Shown: positions 24,533 through 34,670, numbered from the stretch's first letter. The stretch: DNA of 64,000 nucleotides from Deltaproteobacteria bacterium (GCA_038150265.1 JAYOTF010000001.1:32665-96664), one strand, 5' to 3'. Notes: a model not told the origin generated them from the letters alone. Numbers and translations are program-made.

Positions 24533-25768
24533 ATGTTGATGCGCGCGTGGCTGGCGTTCCTGCTGGCCTTCTCCCTGTCCCTTCCCCTCTCTGCAGCCGA
24601 TCTCTTTCAGCTGACGGTCACTTCCGGGGGCACTTCCGAACAGCAAAGCTACAGCTCTGCAGGAGACCTTCCCAACTACGATACCATTCAGCAGCAGTTC
24701 ACCAATGTGAGCGACTGGAACACCAGCGCGCTCGACCTCACCCTGAACTACCGGGGCATCGACCTGGTGGCCACCTATGCCCAAAACAGCACCACCGTCT
24801 CCTTTGAGATTCCGGAGCTGAATCGCTCCTGGACCTTCACCGGGACTTCCCGGACCAGCAGCTGGGATCAGCTTTCGGATGCCCTCGCCCAGCAAGAGGA
24901 CCTGGTCAACGAGCTGCTGCGGCTAATGGCCAAAACGACGCCCAATGATCCGGTCGCAGGGAATCCTTCCAGCCTGATGGATGGGTTGGTGACCACCGAC
25001 TTCAATGCCGTCTTCCTTGCTGAAGACCCTGCGCCTGTTTCGCCTGTCAGCTCAGGCGTCACCAGCGTCAGCGCAGACACCACGGAACAGGCCGAGGCGC
25101 CGAATACCGCTGGAATCGGACTCGGCTACAGCAGCTACGAGCAGGGCAGCTCCAGCGTCAACACGACGCTGCTGCCCCTTTCGTACACGTGGATGCTCGA
25201 TGCGCAGGGCGACCGCAAGCTCACCTTCCGCTTTCCGCTTTCCCAGGTTGAAGTGGATGGCGTCTCTGGCTATGCGGTGGGACTCGGCCTGAGCTACTTT
25301 CACACCATGAACCCGAACTGGTCACTGACCCCCGCCTTCAACTACGGCGTCACAGCCTCGGAAGGCCTTGGTTCCGGAGGGGCCCTCATCAGCCTCGCCG
25401 TGACCAGCATCTATGACCTGGAACTCAGCCCGGTGACCCTGCGATTCGGCAACCAGGTGGGCCAGTATCAGTCGCAGCCCCTCAGCGTGGGCGGCACCAC
25501 TTACGATGCCAACCTCTCCAACGTCGCCTTCCGGAACGGCCTCATCGTCCAGTTCTCCACAGACCAGTGGGTCGCCAACTCACAGCTGGAGCCCTATGTG
25601 ATCGACACCCGCTACACCGGCACCGAGCTTTACATCATGCAGTACTACGAGTTTGGCCTGACCTTCAATGGGTGGCTCTTCCCTGGCTCCTTCCTGACGC
25701 TCAATCAGCTCAGCGCCGAGGACGGCAAGGCCAGCGGCACCAGCCTTCTCTTCCGTGCCCTCTTCTAA
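24533..25768 (+). CDS. Hypothetical outer-membrane protein (N-terminal domain plus beta-barrel)
   Basis: Signal peptide ending LSA, Ser/Thr linker, amphipathic beta strands and a C-terminal Phe. Confidence 0.75.
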   Translation: MLMRAWLAFLLAFSLSLPLSAADLFQLTVTSGGTSEQQSYSSAGDLPNYDTIQQQFTNVSDWNTSALDLTLNYRGIDLVATYAQNSTTVSFEIPELNRSWTFTGTSRTSSWDQLSDALAQQEDLVNELLRLMAKTTPNDPVAGNPSSLMDGLVTTDFNAVFLAEDPAPVSPVSSGVTSVSADTTEQAEAPNTAGIGLGYSSYEQGSSSVNTTLLPLSYTWMLDAQGDRKLTFRFPLSQVEVDGVSGYAVGLGLSYFHTMNPNWSLTPAFNYGVTASEGLGSGGALISLAVTSIYDLELSPVTLRFGNQVGQYQSQPLSVGGTTYDANLSNVAFRNGLIVQFSTDQWVANSQLEPYVIDTRYTGTELYIMQYYEFGLTFNGWLFPGSFLTLNQLSAEDGKASGTSLLFRALF

Positions 25769-25817
25769 CCCGATCCAGCCGTTGCTCTGAAGCAGCGGCT
25801 GCCCTCTGCTGGATGCC

Positions 25818-26201
25818 ATGAGCCGCTGGATGTTCCTGATGCTGATGACCCTGGGAGCAGGCTTGCCCCTGGCTCAGTCCCCTCCGGTCGGCTCAGCAAG
25901 TGGTGGCGGATTCTTTCTGTACCGAGAGCCAGTTGAGCAGTACTGGAACGACTGGGCCGCATTTCCACTGCTGGACCCGGCGGAGCTTCCTGCCTCCGGA
26001 CAGGTTCGGATCACGATCACCGGCGAGGGCAAGACGGCGTCCTTCATTGGCAACCTCAGCCTCAACTGTGCAAATGGCCGGTTCTTTTGGGAAAGCGCCG
26101 GTGCGGAATCGACCTTTCTGACCGGAGTCGATCAAATCAACGCGAGGGTGCCAGCCCCCGTCCTCCGCAACGCCGTAACGCTCTTCTGCCAACCTCGCTG
26201 A
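25818..26201 (+). CDS. Hypothetical secreted protein
   Basis: Signal peptide and two Cys residues; fills the gap between flanking genes on the same strand. Confidence 0.65.
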   Translation: MSRWMFLMLMTLGAGLPLAQSPPVGSASGGGFFLYREPVEQYWNDWAAFPLLDPAELPASGQVRITITGEGKTASFIGNLSLNCANGRFFWESAGAESTFLTGVDQINARVPAPVLRNAVTLFCQPR

Positions 26202-26271
26202 GGTCTCCCTCCCCCAAACGCCCCTCCGGAAGCGTCTGCATTTTTTCCTTGCAGGGTTTTGCCAACTCGAT

Positions 26272-26291
26272 AAATTAGTATTTACTAATTT
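26272..26291. promoter_or_regulatory. Perfect inverted repeat, candidate metal-responsive operator
   Basis: AAATTAGTA-TT-TACTAATTT in an AT-rich patch 21 bp upstream of the Fe(III)-binding protein ATG. Confidence 0.6.
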
Positions 26292-26312
26292 TTTAATTAA
26301 CCCACCCTAAGG

Positions 26313-27347
26313 ATGAACGTCATGTGGAAAAAATGGGCCGGTGCCTTGGCAGCGCTGTTGGTCGGAACCTCTGTTTGGAGCGCCGAAATCAATGTTCTCT
26401 CAGAGCGTCAGGAGTTTCTGCTCCGGCCATTTCTGGAGCGCTTTGAGCAGGAGACCGGAATTGAGGTCAACGTTTCGTACCTGGGGAAGGGAATGCTGGA
26501 ACGGCTTCAGCAGCAGCCAGGCGCCATTGACCTGGTTCTGACCACGGACATTGCCAACCTGAACGCCATGGCAGAGGCCAACCTGTTTGAGCCGTTTGAC
26601 TCGGCGGTAATCGAGCAAAACGTCCCCGCGCAGTTTCAGGATGCAGAAAACCGCTGGACGGCGCTGACGGCACGCGCCCGGATCCTTTACTACTCCCTGG
26701 AGCGGGTCAAGCCAGAGGAGCTGGACCGCTACGAAGACCTCGCCGACCCAAAGTGGAAGGAGCGCATCTGTGTCCGCTCTGGGTACCACAACTACAACGT
26801 GGCGCTGGTGGCTTCCTTGCTGGAACACCATGGCGTTGAAGAAACTCGGGCGTGGCTGCAGGGCCTCAAGGACAACCTCGCCCGGCGGCCTCAAGGGAAC
26901 GACCGGGGACAGGTGAAGGCCATTTATGAAGGGCTCTGTGATGTTTCTTTGGGGAACACCTATTACATGGGCGCCATGCTCGCCGATCCGGAGCAGCAGA
27001 GTTGGGCGCAGGCGGTGGGCATCTTCTTCCCCAACCAGCAAGACCAGGGCACTCACATGAACATCTCTGGCGGTGCGCTGGTTCGAGACGGACAGCACCT
27101 TCCGGAAGCTCAGCAGCTGCTCGAGTTCCTGGTGCAGAAAGAAGCGCAGTACCTCTATGCCCAGGCCAACCACGAGTATCCGGTGCGACCCGGCACGCCG
27201 CTCTCCGAAATCGTCCGGAACTTCGGGAGGGAGCAGCCGGGCGTGCAGGAGGGGGTGTTCAAGCAGGACGACCTTGCGCTGAGCAAGGTCGCACATCGAC
27301 GTGCCGACGCCATCCGGTTGCTGGACGAAGTCGGCTTCGACCAATAA
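26313..27347 (+). CDS. Fe(III) ABC transporter substrate-binding protein (FutA/FbpA-like)
   Basis: Signal peptide; FEQETGIEV, RSGYHNYN, GNDRGQVKAI, NTYY (iron-binding tyrosines), GTHMNISG and NHEYPV. Confidence 0.9.
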   Translation: MNVMWKKWAGALAALLVGTSVWSAEINVLSERQEFLLRPFLERFEQETGIEVNVSYLGKGMLERLQQQPGAIDLVLTTDIANLNAMAEANLFEPFDSAVIEQNVPAQFQDAENRWTALTARARILYYSLERVKPEELDRYEDLADPKWKERICVRSGYHNYNVALVASLLEHHGVEETRAWLQGLKDNLARRPQGNDRGQVKAIYEGLCDVSLGNTYYMGAMLADPEQQSWAQAVGIFFPNQQDQGTHMNISGGALVRDGQHLPEAQQLLEFLVQKEAQYLYAQANHEYPVRPGTPLSEIVRNFGREQPGVQEGVFKQDDLALSKVAHRRADAIRLLDEVGFDQ

Positions 27348-27385
27348 CCGAGCCTCACCCGATCAGCACATCCGGGGCGGCTGCG

Positions 27386-27420
27386 TCCGTCCATGACGAA
27401 CAGCAAACGCAATGGACGGA
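27386..27420. terminator. Hairpin between convergent genes
   Basis: TCCGTCCAT...ATGGACGGA inverted repeat between the Fe-binding protein and cysK stops. Confidence 0.4.
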
Positions 27421-27428
27421 AGAGGGCC

Positions 27429-28397
27429 TCAAATTTCAGCCGTCACCAGGGCTTCGGCTTCCTGACGGGCCACATCGGCCAGCGGGGTGCTCAGGTAGCG
27501 CTCCGCAAAGCTGGCGCAGATGACCACGATCTTCTTGCCCGCCATCTCCGGACGCGCTCCCACCTGCAAGGCGGCCCAGATCGCGGCTCCGGAGGAAATC
27601 CCCACCGGAATGCCTTCCACGACTCCCATGCGACGCGCAGTTGCAAAGGCGTCCTCATTGGTCACCTGCACGACCTCATCAAGGAGGTCCACGTTCAGGT
27701 TTTCAGGAATGAACCCGGCCCCGATTCCCTGAATTTTGTGGGGTCCGGGCTGCCCTCCACTGATGACCGGGCTGGCGGCGGGTTCCACCGCAATGGCCTG
27801 AAAGGACGGCTTCCGAGACTTGATCACGTCGGCAACTCCGGTGATGGTTCCCCCCGTTCCCACGCCAGCGATCAGGGCATCCACCTCGCCCTCGGTGTCG
27901 TTCCAGATCTCCAGCGCCGTCGTCTGACGGTGCACCTCCGGATTGGCGGGATTGTTGAACTGCTGAGGCATGAAGCCCCGCGCGCCCTGCTCCGCGACAA
28001 TCTGCTCGGCTTTCGCAATCGCGCCCCCCATGCCCCGTGCGCCCGGAGTCAACACGATCTCGGCCCCCAGCATCCGGAAGAGGATCCGTCGCTCCACCGA
28101 CATCGTCTCTGGCATCGTCAGAATGAGCCGATAGTTTCGGGCCGCACAGGCAAAGGCCAGCCCGATTCCGGTGTTTCCAGAGGTGGGCTCCACAACCACA
28201 CCATCCGGAGGCAGCAGGCCTTCCGCCTCGGCCGCGTTGATCATCGCGACCCCAATGCGGTCCTTCACACTGGACATTGGGTTGAAAAACTCGCACTTGG
28301 CATACACCTCGGCCGCCAGACCTTCCGTTACTTTATTCAACCGAATCAAGGGGGTATTCCCGACACTTCGGGTCACATCCGTTACCAGCATACGCAT
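27429..28397 (-). CDS. cysK: Cysteine synthase A
   Basis: GNTPL, SVKDRI (PLP lysine), TSGNTG, GVGTGGT and HKIQGIG. The alternative ATG at 28391 has better RBS spacing. Confidence 0.96.
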   Translation of the reverse strand: MRMLVTDVTRSVGNTPLIRLNKVTEGLAAEVYAKCEFFNPMSSVKDRIGVAMINAAEAEGLLPPDGVVVEPTSGNTGIGLAFACAARNYRLILTMPETMSVERRILFRMLGAEIVLTPGARGMGGAIAKAEQIVAEQGARGFMPQQFNNPANPEVHRQTTALEIWNDTEGEVDALIAGVGTGGTITGVADVIKSRKPSFQAIAVEPAASPVISGGQPGPHKIQGIGAGFIPENLNVDLLDEVVQVTNEDAFATARRMGVVEGIPVGISSGAAIWAALQVGARPEMAGKKIVVICASFAERYLSTPLADVARQEAEALVTAEI

Positions 28398-28459
28398 CCA
28401 CTCCAGCTATAGGTCCAATCAAACAACGGGAAACAGGCCTCCATTTTCAGCGAACGCCC

Positions 28460-28501
28460 TTCAATTTTCAATATATTAAAATAATTCCAATTTAAGATAA
28501 T
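28460..28501 (-). promoter_or_regulatory. AT-rich upstream region of cysK
   Basis: About 40 bp of nearly pure A/T in a high-GC background, directly after the modC stop. Confidence 0.4.
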
Positions 28502-29614
28502 TCACTCAAATGGGTCCAGTGGGCTCCCGCTGGTGCCGACGTCCCGCTGCGCAATGGCAACGGATTTGATGATGGCAAAGCAGAGCGTGCCCGGAGCCAA
28601 CGCCAGCGCTTGAGCAGACCGTCGGGTCAGGCGCGCCAGCAGTCGGTCGGTCCCGGACTGCAGCACCACGATCACACCGGGTCCGGACCCTTCATGGATG
28701 CTGATGACCGTCGCCGGGAGCTGATTCAGGGCGCTGATCTGTTCCGGAGGTTTCAGGGAAAGAATGACCTCATGGGCCAGAATGCGCAGGCGGAGCTCGC
28801 TTCCGGGAGCCGCCTGGCACTGAGGAAGCAGCAGGCGTCCGGAACTGACAGACAGCTCGGTCAGACCGTCGTCGTGGTGCTGGAGGACCTTTGCCGCAAC
28901 CACGGCCCCGGCTTCTCGGATGCCAAGCGTGGGCACCACCTCGGGATCCGAAAGCACCTCGGCTGCCGGTCCGGAACGCACAATTTTGCCGTTTTCCAAA
29001 ATCACCACCGTGGTGGCGAGGCGTCCGACCTCGGCCAGGGAGTGGCTGACGTAGAGGATCGGGATGCGTGTTTCATCCCGGAGGCGCTCCAGGTAAGGCA
29101 GAATTTCCGCTTTCCGGGGCTCATCCAGCGCTGCCAGGGGCTCATCCATCAGCAACAGGCGAGGTCCACTCAGCAGCGCCCGACCGATCGCGACCCGTTG
29201 CTTTTCTCCTCCTGAGAGCGCCCCGGGCTTCCGTTTGAGGAGGTGCTCAATGCCAAGCAGCGTCACCACCCGTTCCACCGGGACCAGGTCTGCGTCCCGT
29301 GGGGCAAACCAGCGCCCAAACTTCAGGTTTTGCTGCACGGTCAGGTGCGGAAAGAGCCGACCTTCTTGAAAAACGTACCCCATTCGGCGACGGTGGCTCG
29401 GCACCGTGAGCCGCTGCTGACTATCAAAGAGGCATTCCCCCTGAAGCACCAGGCGTCCGGACTGAGGCCGAAAGAGTCCGGCCACGGCATTCACAACCGT
29501 GGTCTTGCCCGAGCCGGAGCGTCCGAACAGCACCGTGACGCCTTCCGGAGCAGAAAAGGAGACATCGAGCGCAAAGCGGGGAAACTGATGCTGCAGGGAA
29601 ACCTCAAGGCTCAT
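28502..29614 (-). CDS. modC: Molybdate ABC transporter ATP-binding protein
   Basis: GRSGSGKT, LSGGEKQR, LMDEP, YVSH and C-terminal TOBE domains; ATG at 29614 overlaps the modB stop. Confidence 0.95.
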   Translation of the reverse strand: MSLEVSLQHQFPRFALDVSFSAPEGVTVLFGRSGSGKTTVVNAVAGLFRPQSGRLVLQGECLFDSQQRLTVPSHRRRMGYVFQEGRLFPHLTVQQNLKFGRWFAPRDADLVPVERVVTLLGIEHLLKRKPGALSGGEKQRVAIGRALLSGPRLLLMDEPLAALDEPRKAEILPYLERLRDETRIPILYVSHSLAEVGRLATTVVILENGKIVRSGPAAEVLSDPEVVPTLGIREAGAVVAAKVLQHHDDGLTELSVSSGRLLLPQCQAAPGSELRLRILAHEVILSLKPPEQISALNQLPATVISIHEGSGPGVIVVLQSGTDRLLARLTRRSAQALALAPGTLCFAIIKSVAIAQRDVGTSGSPLDPFE

Positions 29615-30306
29615 GATCCGGAAATCCTCCGGGCCACTGACTGGGCAAGCCACTCCGAAGCAGCCAGCGCCCCAAAGGCGATGAGCACCGAAACCAGCAC
29701 CAGGCGCAGGGCTCCGCTTTCTCCTCCTGGCACCTGCAGGAGGGCGTAGATTGCAGAGGGCAGGGTCTGGGTTTCTCCCGGAATGCTGGAGACAAAGGTG
29801 ATGGTGGCCCCAAACTCCCCCATGGCCTTGGCAAAGGAGAGGATCGCGCCAGCCACGATTCCGGGCAGAATCAACGGAAGCGTCACCAGCACAAACGTCA
29901 GGAACCGGTTGGCCCCCAGCGTCTGGGCCGCCTGCTCCAGCTTCGGGTCCACGGCCTCCAGTGCGAGGCGAATGGCCCGGACCATCAGCGGAAAGCCCAT
30001 CAGGCCACACGCCAGAGCTGCACCGGTCCAGCGAAAGGCAATCACCACCCCGAAGGCTTCTTCAAGAAAGGCCCCCAACGGTCCGCGTCTTCCAAACAGC
30101 ATGAGCAGCAGGTAGCCCGTCACCACCGGAGGCAGAATCAGCGGCAGGTGGACGAGTCCGTTGAGCAGCTGCTTGCCACGGAAGTGGGTTCGTGCCAGAA
30201 GCACCGCCACGCCAATGCCCAGCGGGAGGCTCACCAGTGTGGCCCACAGCGCCACCTGGAGCGACAGCCGAACCGCCTCCCATTCTTCCGGACTCAACCC
30301 GTTCAC
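29611..30306 (-). CDS. modB: Molybdate ABC transporter permease
   Basis: LPLILPPVVTGY, EQAAQTLGA and GEFGATI. Confidence 0.95.
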   Translation of the reverse strand: MNGLSPEEWEAVRLSLQVALWATLVSLPLGIGVAVLLARTHFRGKQLLNGLVHLPLILPPVVTGYLLLMLFGRRGPLGAFLEEAFGVVIAFRWTGAALACGLMGFPLMVRAIRLALEAVDPKLEQAAQTLGANRFLTFVLVTLPLILPGIVAGAILSFAKAMGEFGATITFVSSIPGETQTLPSAIYALLQVPGGESGALRLVLVSVLIAFGALAASEWLAQSVARRISGS

Positions 30307-30308
30307 AG

Positions 30309-31133
30309 CTATTTGATCTCCGGTTGCATGGGTGGAGGAAGGACCGTGAAGCCCTGGGCCTCAAAGAGCGCCTGGGCGGCAGAGGAACTCAAAAACGCCA
30401 GAAAGTCGGCGGCTCCTGCGGTGGTACTCTCGGCCAGTTGGGCCACCGGGTAGACAATCGGTGGATGCGTGTCGGCAGGAAAGGTGGCCAAGACGCTCAC
30501 CCGAGGCTCCGCCCGAGTATCCGTCTGATAGACCACGCCCAAGGGGGCCTCCCCTCGGGCCACCAGCGCCAGGGCCGACCGGACGTTATCCGACTGCACC
30601 ACCTGGCGCTTCACCGACTCCCAAAGCCCCAGCGACTGCAGGGCGGCTTTTCCGTAAATACCCGCTGGAACCGAATCCACCAACGCCATTGCCAGGCGTT
30701 CCTCACCCAGACGCGCCGGGAGGGCCTGCGGATCCTCCAGCGCCAGCGGTTCCGAAGCTCCGGACCCGATCAGCACCAGCTGATTGCTCAGCAGGTTCCG
30801 GCGAGTGCCCGCCTGGAGCAGGCCTTCCTGATCCAGCACCTCCATCCAGCTGAGGTTGGCCGAGATGAAGAGATCGGCCGGTGCCCCGCGTTGAAGCTGT
30901 CGGGCCAGCGCAGAACTTCCCGCATACGAAAGGGCCACCGGCTGGCCGGTCTCGGCTTCCCAGTTTGCAGCAACGGCATCCAGGGCATTCTTCAGGCTGG
31001 CTGCAGCAAACACCAGCAGCCGCTCCTGCGCCGCAAGGGGCGTCGCTCCAATCAGCAGCCCCAGCAGCAGCAGCCAAAGGGGTCGGAAGCGGAGGCGAGT
31101 GGGGGGTGAGTCAGAAGCAGGTGGCATGGTCAT
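30309..31133 (-). CDS. modA: Molybdate ABC transporter substrate-binding protein (start uncertain: 31127, 31133 or 31172)
   Basis: FAAASL, AGSSALARQ, ADLFISA, VPAGIYG and HPPIVYP; signal peptide. Confidence 0.93.
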   Translation of the reverse strand: MTMPPASDSPPTRLRFRPLWLLLLGLLIGATPLAAQERLLVFAAASLKNALDAVAANWEAETGQPVALSYAGSSALARQLQRGAPADLFISANLSWMEVLDQEGLLQAGTRRNLLSNQLVLIGSGASEPLALEDPQALPARLGEERLAMALVDSVPAGIYGKAALQSLGLWESVKRQVVQSDNVRSALALVARGEAPLGVVYQTDTRAEPRVSVLATFPADTHPPIVYPVAQLAESTTAGAADFLAFLSSSAAQALFEAQGFTVLPPPMQPEIK

Positions 31134-31302
31134 TTCAAGCAGGTCGGGGGAGCCGGTGGCGTTTTTCCACACATGCTACCCAACTTTGTCCGCAAAGAAA
31201 AAACGATATGAGGGGAGTCATCGGTTTCGGGCCTGTGGTACGCGCTTTGCTTTGCTGTGAGAAAGTTATTCGCACTGTAACCTGAAACCTGAAAGCCCCG
31301 CG

Positions 31303-32076
31303 ATGACGTCCATTAACAGCCTCGTAAATGCCGCTGGCGCCCTGGAGCGACAACTGGATACGGTTGCCAACAACCTGGCCAACGCCAGCACCACTGGCTT
31401 CAAGGCCGACCAAGCCGCTTTCAAGGAAGTGCTGGCCACGGTGCAGCGGGTGGCTCCTGAGTCCACTGAGGAATCCTTCCTTTCACACGAGTACCTGGAC
31501 CAGTACGTGGGCATGGACCGTTCCTCGGTGCAGGTGGATGAGATTGGCAAGGACTTCTCTGTGGGTCGCCTCCGCCAGACCGGCAACAAGCTGGACCTGG
31601 CTCTGGAAGGCACCGGGTTCTTCACCCTGGAGACGCCGCAGGGCATGCGCTACACCCGCGCCGGGAGCTTCAAGCTGGACAACGAGGGACGCATTGTCAC
31701 CTTCGAAGGCAACCGGCTCATGGGCGAAAACGGCGCGATCCGGGTGAATGGCTCTCAGGTGCAGATCAGTGACGCTGGACAGGTTTCGGTAGACGGCGAG
31801 GTCGTGGACACCCTCCGGCTGACCGAGTTCCGACGCCCGCAGAACCTGCAGAAACTCGGAGGGAACCTCTATGCCCCCCTCCACCAAGACGACGTTCCCA
31901 TCCCCGCTCAGAACACCGCTGTCAAGCAGGGGATGCTTGAGGACTCAAACGTGAATACGGTTTTGGAGATGACCCGAATGATCTCCGCGCAAAGGGCCTA
32001 TGAATCCGTTCAGCGGGCCATGAGCAACGTAGACAAACTCAACGAACGTGCCATTTCTCTGGCACGGGTCGGCTGA
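31303..32076 (+). CDS. flgF: Flagellar basal-body rod protein FlgF
   Basis: ANNLANASTTGFK, TGNKLDLALEG.GFF, YTRAGSF and LEDSNVN; directly upstream of flgG. Confidence 0.9.
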   Translation: MTSINSLVNAAGALERQLDTVANNLANASTTGFKADQAAFKEVLATVQRVAPESTEESFLSHEYLDQYVGMDRSSVQVDEIGKDFSVGRLRQTGNKLDLALEGTGFFTLETPQGMRYTRAGSFKLDNEGRIVTFEGNRLMGENGAIRVNGSQVQISDAGQVSVDGEVVDTLRLTEFRRPQNLQKLGGNLYAPLHQDDVPIPAQNTAVKQGMLEDSNVNTVLEMTRMISAQRAYESVQRAMSNVDKLNERAISLARVG

Positions 32077-32109
32077 ACCCTGGATGATTGATTGAGGAGA
32101 TAGAACGCC

Positions 32110-32898
32110 ATGATGCGAGCACTCTACACGGCCGCCTCCGGAATGGGCGCCCAACAGCGACACATTGACACGGTGGCCAACAACCTGGCCAACGTCAACA
32201 CCACTGGCTTCAAGAAGAGCAAGGTCCACTTCCAGGACCTGCTTTATCATAACGAGCGCTCTGCTGGAGTGCCGTCCTCTCTGTCTACTCAGGTCCCCGT
32301 TGGCCTGCACGTCGGACACGGGGTGAAGTATGTGGCCACGGAAAAGGTTCACACGCAGGGGAGCGTTCAGAACACTGGAAACGACCTGGACCTGAGCATT
32401 GATGGCATCGGGTACTTTCAGATCCTGCAGCCCAATGGCATTGTGGCCTACAGCCGCGATGGTCACTTCAACATCGACGGCCTCGGACGCCTGGTGACCA
32501 ATGACGGCATGATCCTCGATCCGGAAATCAACATTCCGCAAGACACCCGGAAGATTGAGATCGGTTTCGATGGCACCGTGTCGGTTTACCTGCGTGATGA
32601 GACTCAGCCGGAAGCAATCGGCAGCATTCAGCTCGCCCGCTTCACCAATCCAGCAGGACTGACGCCAATCGGCAAGAACCTCTACATCCCGACCCCGGCA
32701 TCGGGGAACCCGATTGTCGATGCCCCCGGATCCAACAGCATGGGCAAGCTCAACCAGGGCTTCCTGGAAATGTCCAACGTCTCCCTCGTTGAGGAAATGG
32801 TGGACATGATTACGGCGCAGCGGGCCTATGAGGTCAACTCAAAAGCCATTCAGGCATCCGACGAGATGCTGCAGACCGCCAATAACCTGACCCGCTAA
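32110..32898 (+). CDS. flgG: Flagellar basal-body rod protein FlgG
   Basis: MMRALYTAASGM, ANNLANVNTTGFKK, FQDLLY and EEMVDMITAQRAYEVNSK. Confidence 0.96.
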   Translation: MMRALYTAASGMGAQQRHIDTVANNLANVNTTGFKKSKVHFQDLLYHNERSAGVPSSLSTQVPVGLHVGHGVKYVATEKVHTQGSVQNTGNDLDLSIDGIGYFQILQPNGIVAYSRDGHFNIDGLGRLVTNDGMILDPEINIPQDTRKIEIGFDGTVSVYLRDETQPEAIGSIQLARFTNPAGLTPIGKNLYIPTPASGNPIVDAPGSNSMGKLNQGFLEMSNVSLVEEMVDMITAQRAYEVNSKAIQASDEMLQTANNLTR

Positions 32899-32916
32899 CT
32901 TTAGTGAGTTGACGTG

Positions 32917-33888
32917 ATGAACCGGATGCTTCGTGCCCTTGCTCTCTTCCTGCTGATCCCTGGGGTCCTCCTTGCTCGTGAGTACACCGAGGAGCAACAG
33001 ATTCGAGTCGTGTTTCAAGACTCGGCCGTTGTGGAAGGAGACGAGTACCAACTGAACGAGGTGGCCACCCTGGAGGGCATCGACTACGGTTTGATTGAGC
33101 GCTTTGGCAAAATCAAGGTCGGTCGGTCCCCACTACCAGGACGAAGCCTGACGGTGACCCGGTCGCTCATCGAATCCCGTCTGCGGGCAGCCAAGCTCGA
33201 CACCAAGCGCCTCACGTACCCGAGCGGACAGTCCACCAAGGTCACTCGTGCCGCTCTGAAGATTCCGGGGGAAGACCTGGACCAGGTGGTGCTGCAGTAC
33301 ATTGAGGACCAGCATCCGGATGAAGAAGTGAAGCCCCGCTTGCTCTCCAAGAGCCGCGATGTCTTCCTTCCCCGTGGAGAGGTCAGCTACGAAATCAAGG
33401 AAAAGGGCACCTTCGTCAAGGAAGCCGGCTACCGGACTTATGACATTCAGCTGAGCATCAACGGTGAGCTGGAAAAGACCGTTCCGGTGCGGGTGTACCT
33501 GAAGATGTACAAGGAAGTCTTTGTAGCCAAGGACACCATCAAGCGAGACGAGGTGATCGAAGAAGCCGACCTCATCAAGGTCCGCCGCAATGTCGACCGC
33601 CTGACTTCGACTTATGTAACCGACAAGCAGCAACTGGTGGGCAAGGTCGCCTCGCGTGCGATTGGCTCCAACCAGGTCATCTCCGGAAACAGCGTGGTCA
33701 TTCCTCCGGTTGTGAAAGAGGGAGACCGGCTGCTGATCGTCTATGAAACCGAAAACCTCGTCCTCTCGGCCCAGGGGGTTTCCATGGCCAAGGGTCGAGT
33801 TGGCGACCGAATTCCTGTCCGCAATGTGGACAGCAAGACCGTTGTGTACGCGCAGGTACGCGATAAAAACACTGTTCAGGTAAACTGA
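32917..33888 (+). CDS. flgA: Flagellar P-ring formation chaperone FlgA
   Basis: Signal peptide, SAF domain and C-terminal G..GDRIPVRNVDSK; follows flgG. Confidence 0.88.
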   Translation: MNRMLRALALFLLIPGVLLAREYTEEQQIRVVFQDSAVVEGDEYQLNEVATLEGIDYGLIERFGKIKVGRSPLPGRSLTVTRSLIESRLRAAKLDTKRLTYPSGQSTKVTRAALKIPGEDLDQVVLQYIEDQHPDEEVKPRLLSKSRDVFLPRGEVSYEIKEKGTFVKEAGYRTYDIQLSINGELEKTVPVRVYLKMYKEVFVAKDTIKRDEVIEEADLIKVRRNVDRLTSTYVTDKQQLVGKVASRAIGSNQVISGNSVVIPPVVKEGDRLLIVYETENLVLSAQGVSMAKGRVGDRIPVRNVDSKTVVYAQVRDKNTVQVN

Positions 33889-34670
33889 TGCGCTCCCTTT
33901 CCCATCCCATCCGTCGTTTTGCCGCATTCAGCCTGCTGGTGGCCGTGACCCTGGGAGGGTGCCGGACGGCAGCCCCGCCTCAGATGCAAGCGGATACCAA
34001 GGCCAATGAAGCGCTTCGTCAACGCCAGGAACAGCTGGCCAGTGACCCGATGCGACAGCAGCGCCGTCGTCCGGTCAACACTGCTGCCAATCCGTATGAA
34101 GGGTCTTTGTGGACGCATGAGTCTTCCTTCGGGAACCTCTTCCGCGATCACCGGGCTCGGTTCCGAGGAGACCTCCTGAGCATCCGGGAACTGGCCTCCA
34201 TTGTGAGCGTGCCTCCTGCTCAGGGGCAGCCCCAACAGGCCGCCGCCGATGCTCAGGGCGCACCGACCCCTGCTGGTCAGGCCAACACGGTGCTGGAAGC
34301 CATGACCCTCCGGGATCAGATCGAGCAGGAACAAAACGACATCCTGCGCTCCCTCGACACCATCTCCGCCCGTGTCGTTCGGGTGCTCTCTGACGGCAAC
34401 ATGCTGATTCAAGGACAAAAGATCGACTACCGCCAACGCAACCAGGTTCGGTACATCACGACTGTAACCGGGGTGCTGCGTCCTGCTGACGTGGATGACT
34501 CCAACATCGTCTCGGCCACCAAACTGGCCAACCCCAATGTTCAGATCAAGCGGCAGCAATCGAGCGCCTTGATTCGGGAGCGGCTGCAGCAGCTGAGCCC
34601 CGTCGTGGGGCAGCAGGAAGCGAACCTCGCCGGTCGCCTGAGCGAGTTTGCCAGCCAGCCCAACCAGTAA
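33888..34670 (+). CDS. flgH: Flagellar L-ring protein FlgH (divergent)
   Basis: Lipobox LGGC, GSLW...LFRDHRA..GDLL, ISARVVRVL.DGNMLIQG.K and TGVLRPADV...N.V. Confidence 0.85.
   Translation: MRSLSHPIRRFAAFSLLVAVTLGGCRTAAPPQMQADTKANEALRQRQEQLASDPMRQQRRRPVNTAANPYEGSLWTHESSFGNLFRDHRARFRGDLLSIRELASIVSVPPAQGQPQQAAADAQGAPTPAGQANTVLEAMTLRDQIEQEQNDILRSLDTISARVVRVLSDGNMLIQGQKIDYRQRNQVRYITTVTGVLRPADVDDSNIVSATKLANPNVQIKRQQSSALIRERLQQLSPVVGQQEANLAGRLSEFASQPNQ

Noticed and set aside
31134..31302. Possible Moco riboswitch or ModE box upstream of modA
   Set aside because: A small hairpin (GTGG-AAAAACG-CCAC) and a CTCCC exist on the minus strand, but I could not find the full Moco RNA architecture or a TATAT-N7-TATAT ModE site. 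An Infernal search with the Rfam Moco model would settle it.
31360..32215. Near-identical ~45-bp repeat (GCCAACAACCTGGCCAACG...CCACTGGCTTCAAG) in flgF and flgG
   Set aside because: It encodes the conserved ANNLAN..T.GFK motif of paralogous rod proteins and is not a mobile or regulatory repeat.
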